From contig JAFQMP010000015.1 in assembly GCA_017396225.1 (NCBI GenBank), forward strand, positions 18,446 to 82,445: 64,000 bases of DNA. The letters run 5' to 3'. Below the pieces are notes generated by a model. The model searched no databases. It was given only the letters and a program-made list of their open reading frames with translations, and was not told the origin of the DNA. Each line of letters begins with the position of its first letter. Positions within the stretch are counted from its first letter, which is position 1. The position numbers and the translations under genes are program-made. Below are positions 22,842 to 30,143 of this stretch, piece by piece. The DNA is from Clostridia bacterium. GTDB lineage: Bacteria > Bacillota > Clostridia > Oscillospirales > CAG-272.

Positions 22842-24333
22842 TTAAGCTCCTCGCAATCTTCATCGCGGGGGTACGGATAAAATCGGTATCCCTGATGATA
22901 ATTTTGTTAATTCTCTCGAAAGAGGGAAGGGTTTCGTTGATTTCGGCAACAGCGGCCTTGAGGTAGGACTCCAAATCCGTGATGCCGAGCGCCGTGACGC
23001 TTGCTGCGCGGGGCAGTACCTCAAGCACCAGCATTTCATGTCCGTCCTCGCGGGTGTCGTAAACAAGGCAATCCTGTACCACGTCAAGGGCGTAGAATTT
23101 CACCTCAAGCTCAGCGGGGGAAACGTTTTCGCCCGTTGAGAGCACGATGATTTCCTTGGTACGTCCCGTGATATAAAGGAAGCCCTCCTCATCGATGCGG
23201 ACAAGGTCGCCTGTCTTGAAATAGCCGTCCTCGTAGGAGGTGGCGTTGTCCTCGTCAGTGACGTAGCCGTCCATCATATTGATGCCCTTCAGCCAGAGCT
23301 CGCCGTCTACAATCCTGTACTCCATGCCGTCATAAATCAGACCGACCGAATCGGGTTTGCGGAGCGCCTCGGGGTTGCCCGAAACAAGGTTGGCGGATTC
23401 GGTCAGACCGTAGCCGGGCAGCAGGGTGATGCCCATTTTGTCATATTCCTTGACAAGGTAGGGGGCAACAGGCGCTGCACCGCAGATAATGGTTTTCAAA
23501 TCTGCGCCGAGCATATTCCTGCCAAATTGGCGGGAAAGGTTGATTGCCATTTCGGCAAGCGCAGGCACCAGCACCAGAATGGTTGGCTTGAAAACGGCAA
23601 TATCGCGGAACATATCCTTGTTATTGCGGCAGATGTAGAGCGCGCTGCCCGTGTAAAGCGCTGTCATCAGGTTGCGGATTAAGCCGAATACATGGGTGAG
23701 AGGGAGCACAAGCAGATAGCGCTCCTCAAAGATTTTTTTGATACCGTAGCAGCCGTTTTTCGTGCCCGCAAGCACGGCGCGGTGGCTGAGTCTTGCGCCC
23801 TTGCTCTTGCCCGTGGTGCCGCCTGTAAAGAGGAAGGCACAGGGTGTTTCGGGTGGAACGGAAATGGCCGGCGTGGGCTCCTCGGCGGTGGCAGAGGAGG
23901 GAATCAGCGCAACCTGCGGCAGCTTTGCCTTCACCGAGGCAATCTTGTCGGCAAGCGATTCGTCATAGACGATTGCCTTCAGACCGAACTTGCAGCTGAT
24001 GCCGAATATGGTAGCGGCATCGAGGTGTGCAGGAAGCAAAACGGCAGGGAGTGCCGTGGTTGCGGCGGCAAGAAAGGCCTTGACAAAGCCCACCGAATTG
24101 GGGCTGAGAATGGCAACAAGCGAGCCTTGCTGCACGCCCTGCGTGCGATAAACGGTGCGGAAGGCGGCAATCTCATTATCAAGTGCCTTATAGGTGTATT
24201 CCTTGCCGTCCACAATGGCAATGTTATCGGGATAGGTGACAACACTGTGCTGCCACATTTCGGTAACGCTTGCAAAATCTATGATTTTGGCGAATGTTTC
24301 CGCATCGGTATATTGCTTAAATTTCTCATTCAT
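22822..24333 (-). CDS. AMP-dependent (ANL) acyl ligase
   Basis: 503 aa. 'FTGGTTGKSKG', 'PGYGLTES', 'FKTGDLVRIDEEGFLYITGR'. Resembles the partial ligase at 1-716. Confidence 0.88.
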   Translation of the reverse strand: MNEKFKQYTDAETFAKIIDFASVTEMWQHSVVTYPDNIAIVDGKEYTYKALDNEIAAFRTVYRTQGVQQGSLVAILSPNSVGFVKAFLAAATTALPAVLLPAHLDAATIFGISCKFGLKAIVYDESLADKIASVKAKLPQVALIPSSATAEEPTPAISVPPETPCAFLFTGGTTGKSKGARLSHRAVLAGTKNGCYGIKKIFEERYLLVLPLTHVFGLIRNLMTALYTGSALYICRNNKDMFRDIAVFKPTILVLVPALAEMAINLSRQFGRNMLGADLKTIICGAAPVAPYLVKEYDKMGITLLPGYGLTESANLVSGNPEALRKPDSVGLIYDGMEYRIVDGELWLKGINMMDGYVTDEDNATSYEDGYFKTGDLVRIDEEGFLYITGRTKEIIVLSTGENVSPAELEVKFYALDVVQDCLVYDTREDGHEMLVLEVLPRAASVTALGITDLESYLKAAVAEINETLPSFERINKIIIRDTDFIRTPAMKIARSLNGNAKK

Positions 24334-25057
24334 CTTGCGTTTCTCCTTGCAGCTTTGCGGATTGCTTTTTACTGCGAATCAGTCGCTTGTAAATGGGCAG
24401 TGATTCAAAGTAGTCCTTGAGCGCGAGCTCACGTGCGCGCAGGTCGTCACTCGCCGCGGTCAGTGCCGCCATAGAGGGCATTTTGCCCAGTGTCTCGGTA
24501 AGGTCAATCGGCTCGCCAATCACCACACGTTGACGCTGATACCACTTGTAGTGGTCTGCGATATAGACAGGCAGAATCGGCGCGCCCGCCTTGTGCGCCA
24601 TCAGCACGGCGCCCGATTTGAAGGCGAGAATTTCGCCCTTCCTCGTCTGGTTGACCTCTCCCTCGGGGAAAATGACAACCGCGTGACCGTTTTGCAAGCG
24701 CCCGACCACATCGTGGAAGGCGGATACCGTAAAATTGTCCTTGTCTACCTTGATGCAATGCACCCTTTCAAGGAAGGCGCCCATGGGACCCTTGGCGTAC
24801 AAATCCTTGGTGACCAGGCAGTGCAAGCGCCTGAAGGGGAAGGACACAAGCACCGTGAGGGGGTCAATAAAGCTCCTGTGGTTGGCGGAAATCAGAACGG
24901 CTCCCTTGGGTGTTCTGGTGCCGTAGGGGCGATAAATTTTAGGGCGCAGCCACAGCCATGTGAGGGGGCCGCCCGTGATTTTTACAAAGTCGTGCAGAAA
25001 ATTGTAAAATGGCCGCCACTTGCGCGGTCGTTTGGCTTTTTTATCGGATTGACGCAC
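24326..25057 (-). CDS. PlsC-family lysophospholipid/glycerol-phosphate acyltransferase-like protein
   Basis: 243 aa. Acyltransferase blocks 'NHRSFIDP' (HX4D), 'FPEGE', 'APILPV'. Its stop overlaps the ligase start by 8 nt. Confidence 0.8.
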   Translation of the reverse strand: MRQSDKKAKRPRKWRPFYNFLHDFVKITGGPLTWLWLRPKIYRPYGTRTPKGAVLISANHRSFIDPLTVLVSFPFRRLHCLVTKDLYAKGPMGAFLERVHCIKVDKDNFTVSAFHDVVGRLQNGHAVVIFPEGEVNQTRKGEILAFKSGAVLMAHKAGAPILPVYIADHYKWYQRQRVVIGEPIDLTETLGKMPSMAALTAASDDLRARELALKDYFESLPIYKRLIRSKKQSAKLQGETQDE

Positions 25058-25135
25058 CGTTTTACTCCTAACATAAGTATTAAAGTTATTATATCATATA
25101 CGTGCACGGATTTCAACTTTTTATTTGAGTTACCT

Positions 25136-25663
25136 TTATATCTTATGGTTGGCGCGCTTTAATACAAGCATCACAGCAGGGACAATCAGCAGCTGCAGAA
25201 GGATACCGGGCGAGGCATTCAGAATTGTGCTGACGAAAAAGGCGCGCCAGACAAAGGGGTTGCCCTTGAAGCCAAGCAGAAGCACCTCGGCCAGAAGGCG
25301 CACCGCGCGCCCGACAAGCATGGCAGGGAGCATGGCGAGGTAAACCGAGAGAATCGGTCGCTTGGGCAGGTGTGCGTATAAAATGCCCGTTATGATGCCG
25401 TAGGCAGCCATTTCAAAGGCAACCGCAATCGCGGTGGGGTACATCACGGGGACAGAAAACAAAAGAGAGCGCAGCAGGGGTAGGAAAAAGCCGATAACGG
25501 TGGCGTATTTCCAGCCGCAGATGAGTGCACAGAGAAATATGGGTAAGTGCATGGGGAGCAGCGCCTTGCCCAGCACGGGGATTTGCCCCGTCAGCATCGG
25601 CAAAATAAAGCCGAGTGCGAGAAACAGGGCGGAAAGGGTTAAGCTTTTAATGTTTTTGGTCAT
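25136..25663 (-). CDS. ECF transporter S (substrate-binding) component, substrate unknown
   Basis: 175 aa with about 6 TM helices. 'LPMHLPIFLCALICGWKY' is typical of solitary ECF S components. No A, A' or T genes are adjacent. Confidence 0.7.
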   Translation of the reverse strand: MTKNIKSLTLSALFLALGFILPMLTGQIPVLGKALLPMHLPIFLCALICGWKYATVIGFFLPLLRSLLFSVPVMYPTAIAVAFEMAAYGIITGILYAHLPKRPILSVYLAMLPAMLVGRAVRLLAEVLLLGFKGNPFVWRAFFVSTILNASPGILLQLLIVPAVMLVLKRANHKI

Positions 25664-25895
25664 AAGGCTTTGTAAAAATTGAGGGTGGGTGGGCGAACAT
25701 TTTTATTATACACGAAAATAGAGATATAAGCAAGAGAAATTGGGCAGGAGGTACTCGTCAGGCAAGCCGATGGCTTGCCATGAAGCAGCCCTCACCGCCT
25801 AAGGCGGTGTTTGCTACGCAAAACCGGGCGGCTTCCCCACGACTGCGCTACGCACAGCGCGGTTTCTCGCCTCTCCCACCCCACCAAAGGAAAGA

Positions 25896-25931
25896 AAAAG
25901 ACCCACCGCGCGAGGCGGTGGGCCTTTTCTT
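25896..25931 (-). terminator. intrinsic terminator after tRNA-Trp
   Basis: Stem CCCACCGC/GCGGTGGG (25902-25909/25915-25922) flanked by A/T runs, directly 3' of the tRNA on the minus strand. Confidence 0.7.
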
Positions 25932-26007
25932 TGGCAGGGGCAGGAGGACTCGAACCCACGACACCCAGTTTTGGAGACTGGTGTTCTACCGACTGAACTA
26001 TACCCCT
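25932..26007 (-). tRNA. tRNA-Trp (anticodon CCA), CCA end encoded
   Basis: Reverse complement AGGGGTATAGTTCAGTCGGTAGAACACCAGTCTCCAAAACTGGGTGTCGTGGGTTCGAGTCCTCCTGCCCCTGCCA. It has a 7-bp acceptor stem, anticodon loop CU-CCA-AA and T-loop GGTTCGAGTCC. Coordinates were cross-checked against an overlapping track ORF. Confidence 0.95.
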
Positions 26008-26020
26008 TTGTGACCTTGCT

Positions 26021-26049
26021 ATTATATCATATCTTTTTTTCTTTTGCAA
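26021..26049 (-). promoter_or_regulatory. sigma-70-type promoter for tRNA-Trp
   Basis: Minus strand TTGCAA (26049-26044), 17-nt spacer, TATAAT (26026-26021), 13 nt before the tRNA 5' end. Confidence 0.65.
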
Positions 26050-26156
26050 GGGGATTTTGAAAAAATATCAAAGTATATTTTCGTCGCATCTTCTTCGGTG
26101 AAAAGTGTACATTCATTATATATATAAAAAATATTGCGGAAAATGAAAAAATTCTC

Positions 26157-26185
26157 TTGACAGCGAGAGGGGAAAGTGATATAAT
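26157..26185 (+). promoter_or_regulatory. consensus sigma-70 promoter of the rpmG-secE-nusG-rplKA cluster
   Basis: TTGACA (26157-26162), 17-nt spacer, TATAAT (26180-26185). Predicts a leader of about 130 nt before rpmG. Confidence 0.7.
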
Positions 26186-26320
26186 GTGTCTTACCTCTGC
26201 GCGTGGGCTTTTTTGTTGCGCCGTCGCGCCAACCCGAAAGGGGACAGGCTCAATACCACCGAGAGGGAGGTACACGGGTAGTTACTACCTAATATTTTAT
26301 AATGGGAGGTGCCGAAAAAA

Positions 26321-26482
26321 ATGGCTAACGAAGCAAGAGTCAAGGTTACTCTTGTCTGCACTGAGTGCAAGCAGAGAAACTACGACACAAAGAAGAACAA
26401 GAAGAACGATCCGGACAGACTCGAGTTCAAAAAGCATTGCCCCTTCTGCAAAAAGCACACTCTTCACAGAGAATCCAAGTAA
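26321..26482 (+). CDS. rpmG: 50S ribosomal protein L33
   Basis: 53-aa ORF absent from the track because it is under 60 aa: [53 protein letters not shown]. It has the two CxxC pairs. RBS GGGAGGTG. Confidence 0.9.
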   Translation: MANEARVKVTLVCTECKQRNYDTKKNKKNDPDRLEFKKHCPFCKKHTLHRESK

Positions 26483-26503
26483 GGGTATAAGGAGAGTCGA
26501 ACG

Positions 26504-26884
26504 ATGAAAGCAAAAAGAAGTCTTGCACTGTTCCTTGTCTCCTGCCTTATCCTTTGCGCATTCTTCTGCTTTGGCGTTTCTGCTGCCGATGCAGCTGAGG
26601 CGGAGAACGAGGGTATTTCTACCTTCGCGCTCGTCTCCATCATCATTGGTGGTGTGGTTCTCGTTGCAGCCGTGGTGCTTTGCATCGTCAAGCGCAAAAA
26701 GCTTGCAGAGTCGCTTCGTGCATATAAGCGTGAGCTGAAGAATGTTACCTGGTTTTCGTGGAAGAACGTGGTTCGCAGCACGATTTTCGTTATTGTGGCA
26801 ATTCTTGTGGTTGCAACAGTGATTGGCGTGCTTGACTTCGCCTTCTTCCAGGGTCAGCGTCTGCTGGTTAAATGGATTGGTTGA
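26504..26884 (+). CDS. secE: preprotein translocase subunit SecE (with N-terminal extension)
   Basis: C-terminal 'YKRELKNVTWFSWKNVV' plus a TM helix is the SecE core. A strong RBS (TAAGGAGAG) at 26504 supports the 126-aa form with about 55 extra N-terminal residues. Confidence 0.8.
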   Translation: MKAKRSLALFLVSCLILCAFFCFGVSAADAAEAENEGISTFALVSIIIGGVVLVAAVVLCIVKRKKLAESLRAYKRELKNVTWFSWKNVVRSTIFVIVAILVVATVIGVLDFAFFQGQRLLVKWIG

Positions 26885-26888
26885 TAAG

Positions 26889-27458
26889 ATGAGCAACATC
26901 GATGGAATGAATGTTGGCCCGAGATGGTATGTGGCGCACACCTACTCCGGTTACGAAAACAAAATCAAAACAAGTCTTGAAAAGGTTATCGAAAACCGCG
27001 GTCTTGGCGACCTGATTTTTGATATCCGCATTCCCGTTGAGACCGTAATCGAGAAAAAAGGCGATACGGAAAAGGTCGTAGAGGTCAAGCTTTTCCCCTC
27101 TTACGTCTACATCAAAATGGTAATGAATGACGAAACCTGGCACGCCGTACGTAATATCGGTGGTGTCACCGGCTTTGTAGGCCCTGGGTCCCGTCCCACG
27201 CCCCTCTCCGCTGAGGAAGTGGCTGCGATTGGTCTTGAGGTCAGTGAAGCCGAGGCAACTGAGGAAGAACATCGCGTCACCCTTGCCTTCAAGGTGGGCG
27301 ACACAGTACAGATTATTTCCGGGTTGTTTGAGGGCTATAACGGCATCGTTGAGTCTATCACCGATGACCAGACCATGGCAACCGTGCTTGTCAAGCGTGG
27401 CCGCCGTGATATGCCTGTGGAGCTGGAGGTTTCCTGCCTTGCTCCCGAAAACGCCTGA
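26889..27458 (+). CDS. nusG: transcription termination/antitermination factor NusG
   Basis: 189 aa from ATG 26889. NGN 'WYVAHTYSGYENK', KOW 'GDTVQIISGLFEGYNGIVE'. Confidence 0.93.
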   Translation: MSNIDGMNVGPRWYVAHTYSGYENKIKTSLEKVIENRGLGDLIFDIRIPVETVIEKKGDTEKVVEVKLFPSYVYIKMVMNDETWHAVRNIGGVTGFVGPGSRPTPLSAEEVAAIGLEVSEAEATEEEHRVTLAFKVGDTVQIISGLFEGYNGIVESITDDQTMATVLVKRGRRDMPVELEVSCLAPENA

Positions 27459-27542
27459 TCCGGCGTCATAACGGATCGAATTGTGGGAGGGAAAAAATTT
27501 TTTGAGTTTCCCGTATAGTACCACTTAAGGAGGTTAACTAAA

Positions 27543-27968
27543 ATGGCTAAGAAAGTTATGGGTTATATCAAGCTGCAGCTTCCTGCCGGCAAAGCGACTC
27601 CCCAGCCGCCCGTAGGTCCTGCACTCGGTCAGTACGGTGTTGCAATCCCCGTATTCACCAAGGAATTTAATGAACGCACCAAGAACGACATCGGTCTTAT
27701 CATTCCCGTAGTTATTACGGTTTACGCCGACCGTTCCTTCACCTTTATCACCAAGACTCCCCCTGCTCCCGTTCTGATTAAGAAGGCTGCAGGCATCGAG
27801 ACTGCATCTGCTGCTCCCAACAAGACCAAGGTTGCTAAGATTACCAAGGAGCAGGTCAGAAAGATTGCAGAAACCAAAATGCCCGACCTCAACGCAGGCT
27901 CTATCGAGGCTGCTATGAGCATGATCGCAGGCACCGCACGCAGCATGGGCGTGGAAGTTGAAGAGTAA
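27543..27968 (+). CDS. rplK: 50S ribosomal protein L11
   Basis: 141 aa. '[22 protein letters not shown]'. Confidence 0.97.
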   Translation: MAKKVMGYIKLQLPAGKATPQPPVGPALGQYGVAIPVFTKEFNERTKNDIGLIIPVVITVYADRSFTFITKTPPAPVLIKKAAGIETASAAPNKTKVAKITKEQVRKIAETKMPDLNAGSIEAAMSMIAGTARSMGVEVEE

Positions 27969-27982
27969 GGAGGAGCACGACA

Positions 27983-28669
27983 ATGGGAAAGAAGTATACC
28001 GATAGCGTAAAGCTTATTGAAAAGAGCAAGCTCTACGACCCCGCAGAGGCTCTTGCACTCGTTTGCCAGACCTCCAAGGCTAAGTTTGACGAAACCATTG
28101 AGGTTCACGTCCGCCTTGGTGTCGACTCCCGCCACGCTGACCAGCAGGTCCGCGGCGCAGTTGTTCTCCCCAACGGTACCGGTAAGACCGTACGCACCCT
28201 GGTCCTTACCAAGGGCGCAAATGTTGAGGCTGCTAAGGCTGCAGGCGCTGACTATGTTGGCGATATGGAGTACGTTGACAAGATTATGAAGGAGAACAGG
28301 TTTGAGTTCGACGTTGTAATCGCTTCCCCCGATATGATGGGCCTTGTAGGCCGTATGGGTAAGGTTCTGGGTCCCAAGGGCCTGATGCCTTCTCCCAAGG
28401 CAGGTACCGTTACCGCTGATGTTGCTCGCGCAGTAACCGAGGCTAAGGCAGGTAAGATTGAGTACCGTCTTGACAAGACCAACATTATCCACTGCCCCAT
28501 CGGCAAGGCATCTTTTGGTGCTGACAAGCTTGGTGAGAACTTTACCACCCTGCTTGCTGCTATCATCAAGGCTAAGCCCGCTGCTGCTAAGGGTCAGTAT
28601 ATCAAGTCCTGCGTCATTGCTTCGACGATGGGACCTGGCATTCGCATCAACTCCGCTAAGCTTGGTTAA
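27983..28669 (+). CDS. rplA: 50S ribosomal protein L1
   Basis: 228 aa of L1 family sequence, directly after rplK. rplJ-rplL do not follow. Confidence 0.97.
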   Translation: MGKKYTDSVKLIEKSKLYDPAEALALVCQTSKAKFDETIEVHVRLGVDSRHADQQVRGAVVLPNGTGKTVRTLVLTKGANVEAAKAAGADYVGDMEYVDKIMKENRFEFDVVIASPDMMGLVGRMGKVLGPKGLMPSPKAGTVTADVARAVTEAKAGKIEYRLDKTNIIHCPIGKASFGADKLGENFTTLLAAIIKAKPAAAKGQYIKSCVIASTMGPGIRINSAKLG

Positions 28670-28670
28670 T

Positions 28671-28992
28671 CCAAATTTGGACGAGAACAAAAAGGACACG
28701 GTTTTACCGTGTCCTTTTTTAGCGCCGACCGCTCGCTTGGAGTAGGGTTCTACACCTGCGCTCGTGATTGGCGCTTCTCGCCTCAAATTTGGATCAACCG
28801 TACGTAGCCGCGAGAATGAGAACAAAAAGACCGCAACTACGGTTGCGGCCTTTTTTAGCGCCGACCACGCACTTGCAGTAGGGTTCTACACCTGCGCTCG
28901 TGATTAGCGCTTCTCGCCTCAAATTTGGATCAACCGTACGTAGCCGTGAGAACGAGAACAAAAAGGACACGGTTATGCCGTGTCCTTTTGCT
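28671..28992. repeat. tandem repeat (about 135-bp period) carrying three intrinsic-terminator hairpins
   Basis: Hairpins with T-runs lie at 28689-28720, 28824-28856 and 28960-28989. They are separated by two copies of a ~108-bp segment (28721-28828 and 28857-28962) that differ at about 7 positions by eye. The middle hairpin has a completely different stem sequence. Confidence 0.85.
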
Positions 28993-29685
28993 TTAATCAA
29001 GATTTGCCAAAAACTCCTTCGTAATGGAAACGGCTGTTTTGGCGGCAAGGGGGCAGAACTCGGAAAATTCCATGCCGTTGCCGCCGTCGGAAATGGTGCG
29101 CAGCACCGCGAAGGGAACGCCGTTGACATAGGCAACGTGACCAATGGCGGCACCCTCCATTTCGCAGGCAAGGGCATCAAAATCTCTGACGAGCTTTTCC
29201 TTGGTGGAGGCCTTTTCTACAAACAGGTCGCCTGAGGCAATTGTGCCGACCATGCCGTTATAATCCAGCGCGGCGGTGGCTGTACAAAGCGCCTTCAGGA
29301 GGGTTTGGTCAGCTTTGATTTTTACAATATTAATGCCTGACAAGAGGCCCTGCGGGTCGCCGAGCGCGGTGGTGTTCATATCGTGCTGCACAACCTCATC
29401 GGCAAGCACGACGTCACCGACCTCCAGCATCGGGGAAAGACCGCCGGCGACACCTGTATTGAGCAGCGCGGTAACACCAAAGCGCAGAATCATTGCCTCG
29501 GCACAAATGGCGGCAAAGACTTTGCCGACGCCTGAGGTGGCAACCACGACATCGCGCCCGCAGAGCCTGCCCTCGGTAAAGGTGACGCCGCTGACAACGC
29601 TCTCGCGCGTGTCGGTCATTTCTGCAATCAGTCCTTCGGTTTCAATTTTCATGGCACCGATGATGCCGATAACCTGCTTATTCAT
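28993..29685 (-). CDS. mtnN: 5'-methylthioadenosine/S-adenosylhomocysteine nucleosidase
   Basis: 230 aa from ATG 29685 (RBS AGGAGG). 'IGIIGAMKIE', 'SGVGKV', 'ACEMEGAAIGHV'. The start overlaps the luxS stop. Confidence 0.9.
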   Translation of the reverse strand: MNKQVIGIIGAMKIETEGLIAEMTDTRESVVSGVTFTEGRLCGRDVVVATSGVGKVFAAICAEAMILRFGVTALLNTGVAGGLSPMLEVGDVVLADEVVQHDMNTTALGDPQGLLSGINIVKIKADQTLLKALCTATAALDYNGMVGTIASGDLFVEKASTKEKLVRDFDALACEMEGAAIGHVAYVNGVPFAVLRTISDGGNGMEFSEFCPLAAKTAVSITKEFLANLD

Positions 29686-30130
29686 AGTCAAAGCCTCCTG
29701 TCTGTGCCTCCAGCGCGATAATATAGGAGGCGCATTCATTTTTTGCGTCCTCAACGCTGAGGTTTTCATAGTTGCCGCATTCCTTGCGGGTGTTGCCGAA
29801 CATCGGTCCTGTGTGGGTCAGCACCGCGCGCAGTGCGGTGAGCAGTGCTTTGCGCACGCGCTCGGGGGCAACGCCGCGCGTTAAGAGATAAAATCCTGTT
29901 TGGCAGCCCATGGGGCCGAAATAAATAACTTTATCGCCGATTTCACCGTTTCGCATATAGGTGGCAAGCATGTGCTCCACCGAATGCATCGTGCGTGTTG
30001 ACATATATGAGCCCATATTGGGGCGGCGGGTACGTAAATCAAAGGTGATAATATCATCATCAATGCGGGAGATATACATACCGGGCATGATTTTGTCGTG
30101 GTCAACCGAAAAGCTTGTAATGCGTTCCAT
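29678..30130 (-). CDS. luxS: S-ribosylhomocysteine lyase (AI-2 synthase)
   Basis: 150 aa from ATG 30130 (RBS AAGGAG). Metal site 'HSVEHM' and 'GCQTGFY'. Confidence 0.93.
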   Translation of the reverse strand: MERITSFSVDHDKIMPGMYISRIDDDIITFDLRTRRPNMGSYMSTRTMHSVEHMLATYMRNGEIGDKVIYFGPMGCQTGFYLLTRGVAPERVRKALLTALRAVLTHTGPMFGNTRKECGNYENLSVEDAKNECASYIIALEAQTGGFDYE

Positions 30131-30143
30131 AGGGCGTTCTCCT

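Noticed and set aside
25755-25795. SRP-RNA-like string 'GTCAGG...GAAGCAGCC' on the plus strand of the tRNA-Trp/ECF spacer.
   Set aside because: The apical stem is 8 bp with a GAT loop rather than the short stem with a GNRA tetraloop. There is no convincing closing helix or Alu domain. The resemblance is limited to a few nucleotides.
25664-25895. A known riboswitch (THF, TPP or preQ1) upstream of the ECF S-component gene.
   Set aside because: I could not find the conserved cores of these classes by eye on the minus strand, and the best promoter lies downstream of the structured region. It is kept only as an unexplained structured spacer in the findings.
25780-26049. Track ORFs overlapping tRNA-Trp (25780-26013 plus, 25792-26049 minus, 25811-25996 plus). 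The same applies to ORFs overlapping tRNA-Glu (48329-48657).
   Set aside because: They are read straight through tRNA genes and terminator hairpins and have no RBS.
28671-28992. A possible CRISPR array or other spaced-repeat locus downstream of rplA.
   Set aside because: There are only two to three units. The 'repeats' are about 108 bp and the 'spacers' are terminator hairpins. There are no 25-40-bp direct repeats with unique spacers and no cas genes.
27722-29180. Minus-strand ORFs 27722-28825 and 28794-29180, which share the peptide 'SFSRLRTVDPNLRREA.ITSAGVEPY'.
   Set aside because: The shared peptide is just the translation of the duplicated 108-bp non-coding segment. The rest of each ORF is antisense to rplK/rplA or overlaps mtnN out of frame.
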